This document shows positions 11,874 to 22,437 of a stretch of DNA of 64,000 bases, one piece after another (positions within the stretch are counted from its first letter, which is position 1; each line of letters opens with the position of its first letter). The translations under genes and the position numbers were made by a program. The notes beneath the pieces were generated by a model that did no database searches, was not told the DNA's origin, and worked only from the letters and a program-made list of their open reading frames with translations. This DNA comes from Nitrosopumilus sp. (lineage in GTDB: Archaea > Thermoproteota > Nitrososphaeria > Nitrososphaerales > Nitrosopumilaceae): assembly GCA_965197525.1 (NCBI GenBank), contig OZ240211.1, positions 64,001 through 128,000 on the forward strand, written 5' to 3'.

Positions 11874-13262
11874 GTGTTAAAGAATACAGTTCTAATAATA
11901 TTGATTGCATCTATTGTTGTTATAGGCACTAGTACACCTGCTTGGGCTGCCCAATTAGAAGCTAAACTTAACCCCGATAATAACTCTTCACAATTTTCTG
12001 TAAACTATCAAAAGGTGGTATTTATCGAGTATCCACAAGGCGGTGACCTTTTTGATGAATTACGTGGAAAAGAATGGGTTGTATCTGGGAGTGCTGACTC
12101 TACCAATCCCGGCGTACAGGACCTAATATCAAAACTCAATCAAAAAATATCAAGCGAAACAGTTAGTACAAGAGTTACTGACTTGGCTGTCACCTATGAT
12201 TTTAATCTCAAAGCTCGTAACACTGGCACCTCTATTGATTATCACGTTCTCTTGGAGGGAACACTTAGTAACTATGTTATAACCAAAGATTCCCAGCGAA
12301 CGTTAGTCGATCTTGGTTGGAGGGGGTTGAGTGTATCTGATGAGGTAACTATTGACGGTGTTGAAATTAACATTCCTATCAATATTTTACGAGATCAAGA
12401 ACCATCAGTATATGCCTTTTTTGAAGGAACAGAAGCAGAAGATGTTCTTGGCAGACCTTTGCTTGACGCTGATTTTATTGCAGAGCAGCCACTAGTTAAC
12501 TGGCACTTTTTGTTTGATCCAACAGGTATTAATGCGGATGCCGGAACATTTGGACTAGATGATACTATAGCTGGTTTTGTGGTATCAAGTTGGACTATGG
12601 GTGAGAGCAGTATTAGAGAAGGTAGACAAGTAGAGCGAATATTTGAGGCAGAAATAATGGCTGATCAACCATATGTAGTTAGAAGTGTCCAGTCTGCAGA
12701 TCAGGCAAATCTTTCAGCCATTGGATTTGGCGCTTTGGATAAACTTGATGGTATTGAGATAGCGGGAATTACCCCAACACCTCCACCCGGCTACGCGACA
12801 ACATCCACAGGTGATTTCCCTGTGCTAATCGTTTATGGCATGGCAGGACTAGCAGCAGTTGCAGGTATTGCGTTCTTTTTTGTTAGTAGCCGATCATTGA
12901 AAAACGAAAAGAAAGGTCAGCAAGGAATTGATCCTAGTAGACTAGTCGGTTATCAGACTAGTTCATCATCTGGTGGTTATCAGACTAATAGAGGTGAAGC
13001 GCAGTTAAAGGATGATACAGACTATCAGCAAACCCGTAGTGTTTACGAGGAGACAAAACTTTCATCCCAAAACGATGTTGCCTCTACAAGTAGCAATACC
13101 AATAGTACACCGCCACCACAACAAGATGCAGCATGTGGTTGTGCAGCATCAGCTGAAATGGGTTCTGAGTGTGATTGTGCGATGCAATCGGCATGTTTGT
13201 GTGATGCAACATGTGGTTGTGCAGCTAGTGTATGCAAAGATCAAGTCAGTTCAATGAGCTAG
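11874..13262 (+). CDS. Membrane-anchored protein with Cys-rich cytoplasmic tail
   Basis: Signal-peptide-like N-terminus, TM helix VLIVYGMAGLAAVAGIAFFFVS, C-terminal tail with 9 Cys (four CxC). Confidence 0.8.
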   Translation: MLKNTVLIILIASIVVIGTSTPAWAAQLEAKLNPDNNSSQFSVNYQKVVFIEYPQGGDLFDELRGKEWVVSGSADSTNPGVQDLISKLNQKISSETVSTRVTDLAVTYDFNLKARNTGTSIDYHVLLEGTLSNYVITKDSQRTLVDLGWRGLSVSDEVTIDGVEINIPINILRDQEPSVYAFFEGTEAEDVLGRPLLDADFIAEQPLVNWHFLFDPTGINADAGTFGLDDTIAGFVVSSWTMGESSIREGRQVERIFEAEIMADQPYVVRSVQSADQANLSAIGFGALDKLDGIEIAGITPTPPPGYATTSTGDFPVLIVYGMAGLAAVAGIAFFFVSSRSLKNEKKGQQGIDPSRLVGYQTSSSSGGYQTNRGEAQLKDDTDYQQTRSVYEETKLSSQNDVASTSSNTNSTPPPQQDAACGCAASAEMGSECDCAMQSACLCDATCGCAASVCKDQVSSMS

Positions 13263-13288
13263 AATATATTTAAGGTTCTGTCGTGTTA

Positions 13289-14651
13289 AACTCTGTTTCC
13301 TAATTACATGCAACACAGACCACCATCTGGGTGATTTTGCTTATGTCATTGCCTTTCCTCCTACACTGCGGTCTTTGTGGCGGGTTTTAGACTGATACAC
13401 TATCTTTGGTGTGCCGTATCCGTTCTCAATTGCCGTATCGATCATCTGATTGTACAAACACACCTTTCCGTATATCTCCGTCTTGACGTTTTCCCATTTT
13501 CGTGCCATTATAGACTCCCCTAATACCCGCTTGAACGTAGAGAACGCAGTCTCTACTGTCCACCTGTCGTTGTATCCTGATTCCCTGCGCCACATATTCT
13601 GCCGTTCCTTCTTTTCCTTGCGCGTAAGATCTGCAAACTTGTGTTCTGACTTTTTATCTATATGCTCAAAACTGCCAAGCTGCTCGAACCCAGCCTTCTT
13701 ACGAGACATGCATCCGTTTGCGTTTCCAGCAAAATTAATGCGAACCGGAATCAGTGGTTTAATCTCGTTTTTGTTGCAGTAGTTGTAAATATCTCGTGTA
13801 TCATACGCACCATCGGCTGCAACCTTGGTATCGGCAGACATCTCCACGTTTGGTGATTTTTCTGCGTTTGCAAAAGCTTGTTCCACTAGTTCTTCAAACT
13901 GCGGGGAATCTCCACACTTGTCGTCAGTTATGACCACTGCATAGATCTTCTTGGTTTTAGCATCTACACCGACATGCAGTTTTATGAATCCGCGCCTCAC
14001 TCCCCATTTTTCTGCCATCCAGTCGCCGCGGTTTGTAGGCTTGAGCCCAGTTGAATCAAACGCAAACAGGCTTATCTCGGTTCTCGTTTTGCCGTCTGTA
14101 AACCATGCAGCGGCAGTGTTACCGCTACCGTTGTCATCTATTGTACAGTTGAGTTTTGTCATCCTTTTCTGAAATGCAGAGTATGTAGGCGCATTTTCCT
14201 TGCCGACGATTGCCTCTGCCACACCCTCCAACTGTCTGTATGGGATACCGGTGGCGTTTCGGAACAGAACAGCTGCTGCAACGCACGCGTTTGAGAATGT
14301 AAACGGGTGGCCTACCTTTCCACAGTTCATCTTCTCAAGCCCCTGCACCATGAGCTCCTCGTTTATCTGAAGCATAAACAACTTGCCGCGATCTATGTAT
14401 TTGCGGTTATCATACTGGAGTCTGCATTCGTTTGAACTGGAAGATTTTTTAGTACCATGCTTGCCTAGTTTGTCTGGAGAGGATGTGTTTTTGGTCATGA
14501 TTGATAGTCTGATTGACAACGCACCTCTCTGTTCAATACAGTTTTCTATTGAAAGTGTTTGATACAACGTTCAAATTCAGTTGTTCTATGCCTAATCTGA
14601 TCTGATTTTGGATTAGTTAGGCGTGGTTGGTGATAATTAGGAAACAATGTT
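13289..14651 (-). mobile_element. Complete IS5-family (IS903-like) element, 1363 bp, 18-bp TIRs, 8-bp TSD TCGTGTTA
   Basis: Left TIR AACTCTGTTTCCTAATTA (13289-13306); right TIR reverse complement AACATTGTTTCCTAATTA (14634-14651). TCGTGTTA at 13281-13288 and 14652-14659. Confidence 0.92.
13341..14498 (-). CDS. IS5-family DDE transposase (likely ATG 14498; ORF track extends to 14567)
   Basis: AFDSTGLK (D), GFIKLHVGVD, AADGAYDT (D), RWTVETAFSTFKR (E). Confidence 0.92.
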   Translation of the reverse strand: MTKNTSSPDKLGKHGTKKSSSSNECRLQYDNRKYIDRGKLFMLQINEELMVQGLEKMNCGKVGHPFTFSNACVAAAVLFRNATGIPYRQLEGVAEAIVGKENAPTYSAFQKRMTKLNCTIDDNGSGNTAAAWFTDGKTRTEISLFAFDSTGLKPTNRGDWMAEKWGVRRGFIKLHVGVDAKTKKIYAVVITDDKCGDSPQFEELVEQAFANAEKSPNVEMSADTKVAADGAYDTRDIYNYCNKNEIKPLIPVRINFAGNANGCMSRKKAGFEQLGSFEHIDKKSEHKFADLTRKEKKERQNMWRRESGYNDRWTVETAFSTFKRVLGESIMARKWENVKTEIYGKVCLYNQMIDTAIENGYGTPKIVYQSKTRHKDRSVGGKAMT

Positions 14652-15008
14652 TCGTGTTATATGGATCTAATGCATTAACTCAAAAATTGATGTTCTTTTT
14701 TTTATCAAGTTAACGAGTCAAATCTCGTATTGTTGACTTTGACATATCGACTATTTGGATTACAGGTCTACAGGGTTCCAACATTGCATTTTCAAAAGTG
14801 AACGACTGCGCTTCACTTGTACCATCTCGACTATCCCTAAACCTAGCGGACAGTTTGTGTGATGCATTCATGGCAGCTATGATCTCTCTATCCAAGGGGT
14901 TTTATATTGTGCAGGCGGTCATATGCACAAGTATCTACCCCTGTTGATCTGTTTACATTTTGTACCTGATTTGATCTGAATTAGAGCCCATTTCGCTTAG
15001 CTGGAAAA

Positions 15009-15983
15009 ATGAAAGAAGTTATATGCAATTTCCCTACATCAAGTAGCATGCAAACCGTCCTAACTGCTAGCTTTCAGGATTATGACAAGCATGATTTTAC
15101 AAAACCTACTGTAATGTACATCTTGCAGCAGATTCAACCAAAAATCAGGCAAAAACTCGCTTCATACCATTATTTGAAAAACTCAGTCATAGATCTGACC
15201 CCTGATGAACGGCCAGATCTGGAAAAGATAACATTAAGCGAGATAGAATTCGTAGCCGACAAGATCTCTTTCAATGCCAGCTGGTTTACAACCCAGAAGT
15301 ATATGGAATTGTGGAAAGAGTATCTTTTAAAATTTTTAACTGAGCATGCTGAAATTCAAAAACCGTTTAAAACCATCCAGACTAACTTTCCAGATAATTG
15401 GATTGACCAATTCATGCTGGTAAGGGATCTGTTGAATACAATGTACTCGGTGATCAAAGACTCGTATGATAACTGGCACAAGAAATCCATGGCAGAGTTT
15501 TGTGACTCCAATCTGCCATTGGAACTGTATAATTTGTACAATCTCTCATACATAGAAAAGATATCCGTGGTAAGGACTTTTGCATGTGACTTGGCCAAGC
15601 TGCAACACAAGCTGCATCTTGTAAGATCAGACCATAAAAAAATAACAAACGAGTTATCGGTGTTTGAAGAGCAGCACAGGAATATTTCTAAACTGTTTGC
15701 AGAGATGTCACGTTCTGAGCTTGTATTAAGATTTTATCTAAAATCCAACAACGCAAAAGAAATGAAGGACATGTTTAGGCCCATACCCATAACTCTTGAT
15801 GACGCCGCAGAAGAAAGATTTAGGATTTATTTCAACGACTTTAAGAAAAACCTTTTTGATCTGACGAATATTCTGAACAAAGAAAGATACCTGAGCGAAG
15901 ACATCACCCTGAGTTCTCCAAAATCTGAATCTTTTAGGAGTTTTGGGGAAAAACTAAACCAAATAATCCTGAAATATGGTTAA
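15009..15983 (+). CDS. Hypothetical helical protein, 324 aa
   Basis: Long ORF overlapping the next ORF by 8 nt; no motif recognised. Confidence 0.65.
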   Translation: MKEVICNFPTSSSMQTVLTASFQDYDKHDFTKPTVMYILQQIQPKIRQKLASYHYLKNSVIDLTPDERPDLEKITLSEIEFVADKISFNASWFTTQKYMELWKEYLLKFLTEHAEIQKPFKTIQTNFPDNWIDQFMLVRDLLNTMYSVIKDSYDNWHKKSMAEFCDSNLPLELYNLYNLSYIEKISVVRTFACDLAKLQHKLHLVRSDHKKITNELSVFEEQHRNISKLFAEMSRSELVLRFYLKSNNAKEMKDMFRPIPITLDDAAEERFRIYFNDFKKNLFDLTNILNKERYLSEDITLSSPKSESFRSFGEKLNQIILKYG

Positions 15984-16431
15984 GGGTAATATCGTCGTTT
16001 GTGTGGATTCATCCATATTTCTGGCAGAGGTGTTCGGTAACGAGGTACAGTCATCACGGTCAGGTGTCATAGACAAATTTCATAATCTGTTTTCATTTGA
16101 AAAATGCATGTCAAAAACTGTAAAGTGCGAAATAGATAACAGGATTTCGGTAATGACTAGATTCATCGACCATGTATCCAAGAAATTCATAGCAGAATTT
16201 CTTTCCTTCAAGGCAGAATCACCTACAGTCAAATTATCTGATTTGTCCTTTATGGAGTTATTTTTCCGAACCCTGAAAGATGAATATTCAGAGGGCTCTA
16301 CTGAGCTTGAAATAATAAAAAATATAGAATCTACCATGGCTGTATTTTTAGCTGAAAATTGTCGATGCAAAAAACCTCTAGAAACAAATGATTTTACTCT
16401 GTATGTTGGGGGGAGTTTGATAAAGTCATGA
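15976..16431 (+). CDS. PIN-like protein, N-terminal part
   Basis: N-terminal VVCVDSSIFLAEVF resembles PIN beta1-D motif. Confidence 0.5.
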   Translation: MVKGNIVVCVDSSIFLAEVFGNEVQSSRSGVIDKFHNLFSFEKCMSKTVKCEIDNRISVMTRFIDHVSKKFIAEFLSFKAESPTVKLSDLSFMELFFRTLKDEYSEGSTELEIIKNIESTMAVFLAENCRCKKPLETNDFTLYVGGSLIKS

Positions 16432-16733
16432 CAAAAATCAAATTAAACTTTGACACAAAACTGGGAACATATCGCGTATTCCACGAGCAAGCAGACCCGT
16501 CAATCCGTAAAAAACTAGAAAACGAGTCAGAAATGAAAAGAACGGTTAAGAAAAAACCATGTGATATCGATATTTTATGCGAGGTGGAGGCATACCAAAG
16601 AAGTTCTGGAAAGACATGCCTGTTGGCAACCACTGATCGTGTTGACTTTCTAAACAACAGATTAGTAATTAAGTCCTTAATAGGAGTGAAATGTATAGAT
16701 CCTGTTTATCTTCCAATTGAATTAGAAGAATAA
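16428..16733 (+). CDS. PIN-like protein, C-terminal part (or separate coupled gene)
   Basis: PCDIDILCE...LLATTDRVDF resembles the PIN C-terminal D..D and TxD motifs. ATGA overlap with the previous ORF. Confidence 0.5.
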   Translation: MTKIKLNFDTKLGTYRVFHEQADPSIRKKLENESEMKRTVKKKPCDIDILCEVEAYQRSSGKTCLLATTDRVDFLNNRLVIKSLIGVKCIDPVYLPIELEE

Positions 16734-17545
16734 CAAGTTCAACATGGCATTGATATTTGAGCAATGGGTGACATTTGACTACCCGAAAGCATAAAACCAA
16801 CTACTAATTTAAGATTGTCTGGTTTGACTTTGGAGTTTGTAGAAAAAATATACTAGTGCTTAAAATTCTGTATAATGGTTTATTATTTTTAACCACGCAT
16901 AAACACATGTTAACTAGATTCACTTACATCTAGTGATATCGTTTGTTTCAAGATTTTTGAAATGATCTCTGGTTACGTACCTCTTGCGAGATATCATCTT
17001 TAATATTTTGACAAACCTTGGATTGACATCAAGATCGGCAGGCATTACGGGTAGCACTATTTCGTAGTTTGCGGTCATGACATCAATGCCCCTTTGTATA
17101 AAAGATTAAAAAAAGACATATAGAATTGCTTAGAAAAGAGCATTTCTTATTTTAACAGATCAGACTCTGCATCTGAATTTGTAGCATCCTTAGGATCAAT
17201 CTTGATGTACTGTTGTTTTGTTTCTTAGTATTGTAGTGTGTGCTGGGAGTAACCCTCCTTTTGTTTTCACGATATTTCGCTTTGCAGCCTACCTGAACTT
17301 GGTACAGGATCGTATAGTTCTGTTTGGCCTTGCTCCATGTGGGTCGTCTGTTTCATTCCTTTTATGGAAACCTCAGGTTTTGCCATCACTGTAAACGCCA
17401 TATTGGATCACTTTTCTGTTCCGTTGCCAATCATCTCTGATTATCTATCTCCAGATCACATTTCCTGTATGGAGGGAGGAGTTTCCTCTGCCGTAGCAGC
17501 GTTTCGTGCTCCAGCTCACACACACGGTCGTATGTATTGGCTCAA

Positions 17546-18184
17546 TTATAGTATTTCTTTAGGTTTTGTGCCTGTTATGAATAATGTTCCATGCTCTCTC
17601 TTCCATTTCTTTTTGTTTTGTGAATCTTTGACATGTCTTGTTCTGACATTAAATCCCGCTTTCTTGAAATGTTCTCTCCATTCTTTCTTTGAGTAAAGAT
17701 GCATCTGTATCTTCATCTTGTCTGCCCAATGCGCAGTTGCTTTGTTGTCTGCATAAAAATCGGTTCCACAAAAAAACTGTCCTTTAGGTTTTAACAATTT
17801 GTATATCTTTGCTAGTGCTACATCTATGGAATCAGCATAATATAGTGACTCCATCGAGAAGATGTAATCAAATCGCCGTCCTCTGTACCTTAGTGATTCA
17901 ATATCACTATGAACGAACTTTTCTTCTTTGGACTGTGACATCTTCCTTGCCTGCATTATCATCTTTTTACTTTTGTCAATTCCTAAGGCTAGATTACATC
18001 TTTTTTCGGCTGTAATTTTTCTGATTACCCATCCATTTCCACATCCTACATCTAAAAATGTAAACGGCTCATCAAATGATACATTATTTAAAAATCTCGA
18101 GACGTTTTTTTTGTGCTCTGTCTCCATTAATTTGGCTCTTCCATTTTGAGCCCATACATCAAAGGTTTTTTCAACTTTATCCAT
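17546..18184 (-). CDS. Class I SAM-dependent methyltransferase
   Basis: FLDVGCGNGW motif I, LGIDKS, FDYIFSMESLYY. Confidence 0.9.
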   Translation of the reverse strand: MDKVEKTFDVWAQNGRAKLMETEHKKNVSRFLNNVSFDEPFTFLDVGCGNGWVIRKITAEKRCNLALGIDKSKKMIMQARKMSQSKEEKFVHSDIESLRYRGRRFDYIFSMESLYYADSIDVALAKIYKLLKPKGQFFCGTDFYADNKATAHWADKMKIQMHLYSKKEWREHFKKAGFNVRTRHVKDSQNKKKWKREHGTLFITGTKPKEIL

Positions 18185-18234
18185 CTTGTTTACCTTGCAT
18201 AATTAGTTTAATCTTTGCTATTTATTTTAGTTTT

Positions 18235-19446
18235 CTAGATGTTTTTTACCATGCCAAATAACTGTCTAACTACAAGTTTTGGATGATGTGTTGCCAATCT
18301 TATCATATTGGATAATCCAAAATCCGCCTTGATAAAGTCAATAAATTCCTCTGATTTTAGCTCTTTTATGACATCTATCTCTTTATCCCATTGCTTGTCA
18401 GTCAATCCGATCCATCTGTTCTGAACTTTGCCTGCTGACTTGATCTTTGCTTCTATTTCATCTCTCCAATTTTTCTCATACGGGTATAATGCCTTTTCAT
18501 CGGTTATACCTGACTGTATGGCCTTTGATGACACCGCGCCTGCAACCTTGCCAAATTTTATTGCGTAGCGAATTCCTTCCAAAACTAGTGGGTTTGCCTG
18601 TCCTGCTGCATCACCAACTAGTATTAGATTATTATACACAGTTTTTCTTGATAGTCCGTCATTTGGAATCAATCCGTAATGGGACTCTATTATCGTGATC
18701 TTGCCTAGCTCTTTTATCGGACCTAATCTTTTCTCTATTATCTCGTTTAGCCTTTGCTTTGGATCTACATTTGATTCTGGTTTGCCAACGCCTACTCCGA
18801 TTCTGACAACATCTTTTGATAATGGAAATATCCACGCATATCCTGCAGGGGAGTATTGTTGTCCTACCATCAGCCACCATGTATCAGAATTAACACCGTC
18901 AACTCTTGCTTCGTATTCTGCTCCTACTCCGTACCGCGTCCACTGCTTTGCAAATCCCATTGCTTTACACACAGTTGATGCAAATCCACTTGCATCAATT
19001 ATCACTTTGGCGTAAAATGTTATCTTGCCGTTAGAATCATTCCCTGTTACTCCTACAATGTCTCCTTTTTCATCTTTTATGACTTCTCTAATGTTTGTCT
19101 TTAGAAATATTTTGGCACCCTTTGCCTCAGCTTGATGTGCAAGCCATCTGTATGTCTTTCTTACATTCAATACTGCGGCCCTAGGGATGGTATCGCTGAT
19201 AGTTACTCTATTATTTGGGGACACAAATGAAAAATTTTTGATTGGATTAAAGCAGTCATCTGGAATTCCGAACTCTTTGATATTTTCAATCCATGTAACC
19301 CCGCTTGTTCTGACTGTCTCTGCAACGGACTCTTCTTTTTCAATTATAGCTACTTTGATTCCATTTTCTGCAGCAGCCCATGCCGCAGATGATCCAGCAG
19401 GCCCTCCTCCGACAACTAGTAGATCATAGCGGTGTATTCTTGACAA
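18235..19446 (-). CDS. Geranylgeranyl reductase-family FAD oxidoreductase
   Basis: DLLVVGGGPAGS, IDASG, GYAWIFP, LVGDAAGQANPLVLEGI. Confidence 0.88.
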   Translation of the reverse strand: MSRIHRYDLLVVGGGPAGSSAAWAAAENGIKVAIIEKEESVAETVRTSGVTWIENIKEFGIPDDCFNPIKNFSFVSPNNRVTISDTIPRAAVLNVRKTYRWLAHQAEAKGAKIFLKTNIREVIKDEKGDIVGVTGNDSNGKITFYAKVIIDASGFASTVCKAMGFAKQWTRYGVGAEYEARVDGVNSDTWWLMVGQQYSPAGYAWIFPLSKDVVRIGVGVGKPESNVDPKQRLNEIIEKRLGPIKELGKITIIESHYGLIPNDGLSRKTVYNNLILVGDAAGQANPLVLEGIRYAIKFGKVAGAVSSKAIQSGITDEKALYPYEKNWRDEIEAKIKSAGKVQNRWIGLTDKQWDKEIDVIKELKSEEFIDFIKADFGLSNMIRLATHHPKLVVRQLFGMVKNI

Positions 19447-19499
19447 TTAATCTAAATTGTAATAACCTTGAATATAATTTTGAGGTTGCCTTTTTGTGA

Positions 19500-19709
19500 T
19501 TATCTCTTTAACACCGGAGTGCCTGTTGCGTCATTTTCCCTCTCTGAATCAAACGTTTCCATATGTGCAGGGTCGCGATGCATGAAGCTATGCGTTTGTC
19601 CTTCTGCCTTTCTGCAGAATTTCTTATGAATGTTAAGTTCAATGTCTAGTGTGGTCTGATTTTCATGAAATAGGCGTTTACCGCAGTCAGGGCATATGAA
19701 TTCAGGCAT
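19500..19709 (-). CDS. Small Zn-finger-like protein
   Basis: CPDC...HKKFC spacing typical of a C2HC/C2H2-type finger. Confidence 0.7.
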   Translation of the reverse strand: MPEFICPDCGKRLFHENQTTLDIELNIHKKFCRKAEGQTHSFMHRDPAHMETFDSERENDATGTPVLKR

Positions 19710-19784
19710 AAACCTTCTTTATGTCAAATCTATTTAGATGTTTCAACACTGTTTTAACCTAAACTTTAGATATGTATTCATCTA

Positions 19785-20144
19785 TTGCTGGTTATGGACT
19801 ATCTAGGACTATCTTCACTGATTATGTGGTCAATAGTAACTGGTATTGCTATGCTAGTTGTTGGATTCAGTTATAGCATGTATTTGAAAAGGCATGCTGA
19901 TGAAATTAAAGATGAATATGACATTGATGCTGCCACCACCACCATCCCTCTTGATACTTTAAATGATAATCGCACTATCGACACTCTGAATACTACTGAA
20001 ATGCAATCTCAGCTATCCTCTGATATTCTGCATGAATCGCCATCTAATATTGTGTCTGGTGCATCTGCTTATATCTCTATTACCAATCACGATACTGATA
20101 ATACAAAAACTATCTCATCTAAATCTGAACAGATTGACGATTAA
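19785..20144 (+). CDS. Hypothetical single-TM protein
   Basis: N-terminal hydrophobic helix, then a polar T/D/S-rich tail. Confidence 0.55.
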   Translation: MLVMDYLGLSSLIMWSIVTGIAMLVVGFSYSMYLKRHADEIKDEYDIDAATTTIPLDTLNDNRTIDTLNTTEMQSQLSSDILHESPSNIVSGASAYISITNHDTDNTKTISSKSEQIDD

Positions 20145-20179
20145 GTGAAAAGAAACATGTTTTTGTATATTTTGTATCA

Positions 20180-20941
20180 TCATCCTTCAGATGCTGCTTT
20201 TCCACCATCTACATTTAATGTAGTTCCAGTTACCCAGTTTGCTTCATCTGATGCAAAGTACAACACTGCATTTGCAACATCTTCTGGCTCCCCTATTCTT
20301 GCCAGAGGTAATCTCTCTTCTAGAACTTTTCTTGCCTGAGGATCATCCAGATATGATTTTATCATTCCTGAATTAATAATTCCGGGGTTAACACAATTGC
20401 ATCTAATATTCTTTCTTGCATATTCTACTGCTATCGATCTTGTAAACATGGATATTGCAGCTTTTGTTGACGAATATGCTGCTAAATGGACTCTTGGTAT
20501 CGCTCTCTCACTTGATATTGAACCCAAATTAATTATTGTTCCTGCATTGACATCTACCATTTTTCCTAATACTGCTTTTGTCATTTGAAATACGCCCAAC
20601 ATATTCACATGAATAAGATTTTTTATATCTGCACTTTGCATTTGGTGAAAGTGTATTGGATCATTTATTACTCCTGCATTGTTGACTAGAATGTCAATTT
20701 TACCATACGTATCCATGATCTGATTTATTGTCTGTTCTACTTGTGATTCGTTAGTTACATCACATGGTACTGATGCACTTTGTTCATCGCACCCAACTTC
20801 TTTTCTTGCATTCTCTAACTTTTCTAGATCTCTTGCAATTAATACTACTTTGGCCCCTTCATCCACAAATTTCTTTACAATTCCTTTACCAATATCACTT
20901 GATGCTCCTGTAACAATGGCAATTTTATCCTCTAGTCGCAT
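20180..20941 (-). CDS. SDR-family oxidoreductase
   Basis: [21 protein letters not shown] (YxxxK), NCVNPG, VDGG. Confidence 0.93.
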   Translation of the reverse strand: MRLEDKIAIVTGASSDIGKGIVKKFVDEGAKVVLIARDLEKLENARKEVGCDEQSASVPCDVTNESQVEQTINQIMDTYGKIDILVNNAGVINDPIHFHQMQSADIKNLIHVNMLGVFQMTKAVLGKMVDVNAGTIINLGSISSERAIPRVHLAAYSSTKAAISMFTRSIAVEYARKNIRCNCVNPGIINSGMIKSYLDDPQARKVLEERLPLARIGEPEDVANAVLYFASDEANWVTGTTLNVDGGKAASEG

Positions 20942-21276
20942 GATATTATATCATATTAGTCACATATAGAATTTTTGTTACACTGGTTCAAGTCATATCT
21001 AAATACCTTCTATTTTTCAATTAAATTAGTAAAATTTCAAATAATTACCAATTTTTGATTAATATCTTAGATTTTTTTATTTAAATTTGTAATTATTCTC
21101 TTGAATGATAACTGGTTCTATAACATGTGTCTTTAACAATACCCAATCATAGGCCATGTGGAAATATTTTATCGTTTTGGCAAGCGTCAACACCACAACA
21201 CATGTCATGGTTATACATCTTAATTTCTTTTATCTTTGCTATGAATATTTAAATTACTATATATCATCTTTGTAGT

Positions 21277-21420
21277 ATGTCAAAGCGAGTAACCATTATG
21301 ATAGATGATGATCTGGACAAAAAGCTCAAAAAACTCCAATCAATTAGGCAAAATAAGGAAAATGGACATATTAGCTACTCCAAAGTGATCAATGACTGTG
21401 TAAGAAAAACAATGAAATAA
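21277..21420 (+). CDS. 47-aa ribbon-helix-helix-like protein (absent from ORF track)
   Basis: MSKRVTIMIDDDLDKKLKKLQSIRQNKENGHISYSKVINDCVRKTMK*; RVTIMIDDDL is an RHH-like strand-helix. Confidence 0.75.
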   Translation: MSKRVTIMIDDDLDKKLKKLQSIRQNKENGHISYSKVINDCVRKTMK

Positions 21421-21733
21421 GCTTTGTATTGATTATTCATTTATTCTGCTTTGCGTAGATTACCCTGCTATGATATTAGATTATGTGTGTGCGAAGTATT
21501 GCTCTTATTTTTGCTAGTTAACACATGCAAATGTCATTGATTTTTTCTGTGTTACTATTGTTTTTAGAGTGCAAATCAATAAACTTTCTTGTGAGAAGAG
21601 CATTTTGATGAGGGTCAGATATGTACAACTAGATTATAAATAATTAAAAATTGTTTCAATATTGTATTGACAACGCACACTGTTTCCTTATTTCTGCCAT
21701 TTTCATACCTTGATTTTTAATATGTAAAAAAAA

Positions 21734-21865
21734 TTAATGGCTGTGCCCACAACCGCAGGAATCATGATGTCCTTCTGATTCCTTTCCTGCACATTTTGAG
21801 CATTTATCTGATCCTATGGGTGAAAAAAACCCAATCCCACAAGATACACATTTCATATTTGCCAT
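21734..21865 (-). CDS. 43-aa Cys/His-rich microprotein (absent from ORF track)
   Basis: MANMKCVSCGIGFFSPIGSDKCSKCAGKESEGHHDSCGCGHSH*: two CxxC plus an HHxxCxCxHxH tail. Confidence 0.75.
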   Translation of the reverse strand: MANMKCVSCGIGFFSPIGSDKCSKCAGKESEGHHDSCGCGHSH

Positions 21866-21969
21866 GCTGTTGCTCAAAAATTCCGATATTTAATTAATTG
21901 TATTTGTTTTTTTTGTAGTTGAGATGTTCTAATTATAGAGATTAACGTGTAGATTTTTTCTCAGATGTT

Positions 21970-22287
21970 TTATTTGCTGTCATTTTTGAAGACTCTATAT
22001 TCTCCAATAATTCCATTGCATTTTTCGCACGTATATTGCCCTCTCTCTACTAACGTCAGATTTTCTGCTACTTTTTCATTGTTTTTTTCTTCAATCTGAA
22101 TTTTTGGCGAATTGCTGAACTCGGTTTGACAATTATTACAATAATGTTTGTGCATTTTATCTGTCTCTAATTTCCCAATTGGCGCTAACAGTAATTTACC
22201 TACCCCTAGGTCTGCTTTACCTGCTTGCTCTTCTGTCAGTTCAGCAATCACATAACCGCCCGAACCGTATAGCTTGAGTTCTGTCAT
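21970..22287 (-). CDS. Hypothetical Zn-ribbon-like protein
   Basis: CNNC ... CEKC pairs. Confidence 0.75.
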   Translation of the reverse strand: MTELKLYGSGGYVIAELTEEQAGKADLGVGKLLLAPIGKLETDKMHKHYCNNCQTEFSNSPKIQIEEKNNEKVAENLTLVERGQYTCEKCNGIIGEYRVFKNDSK

Positions 22288-22437
22288 TTTAATTTGATGT
22301 TTTTTACTCTACTAAAAACTATTTGATGGGGTTAGGGGGCTTGTATATTTGGGTTATATAATTTAATAAGAGAAGAAAATAGATGATTTGTAACTGTGTA
22401 GTTTTTTGAAATAATTTTTAACCTTTAATATAATATT

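Noticed and set aside
17050-17540. Possible decayed gene or IS fragment on the minus strand
   Set aside because: Protein-like patches are present, but I could not match any family motif with confidence.
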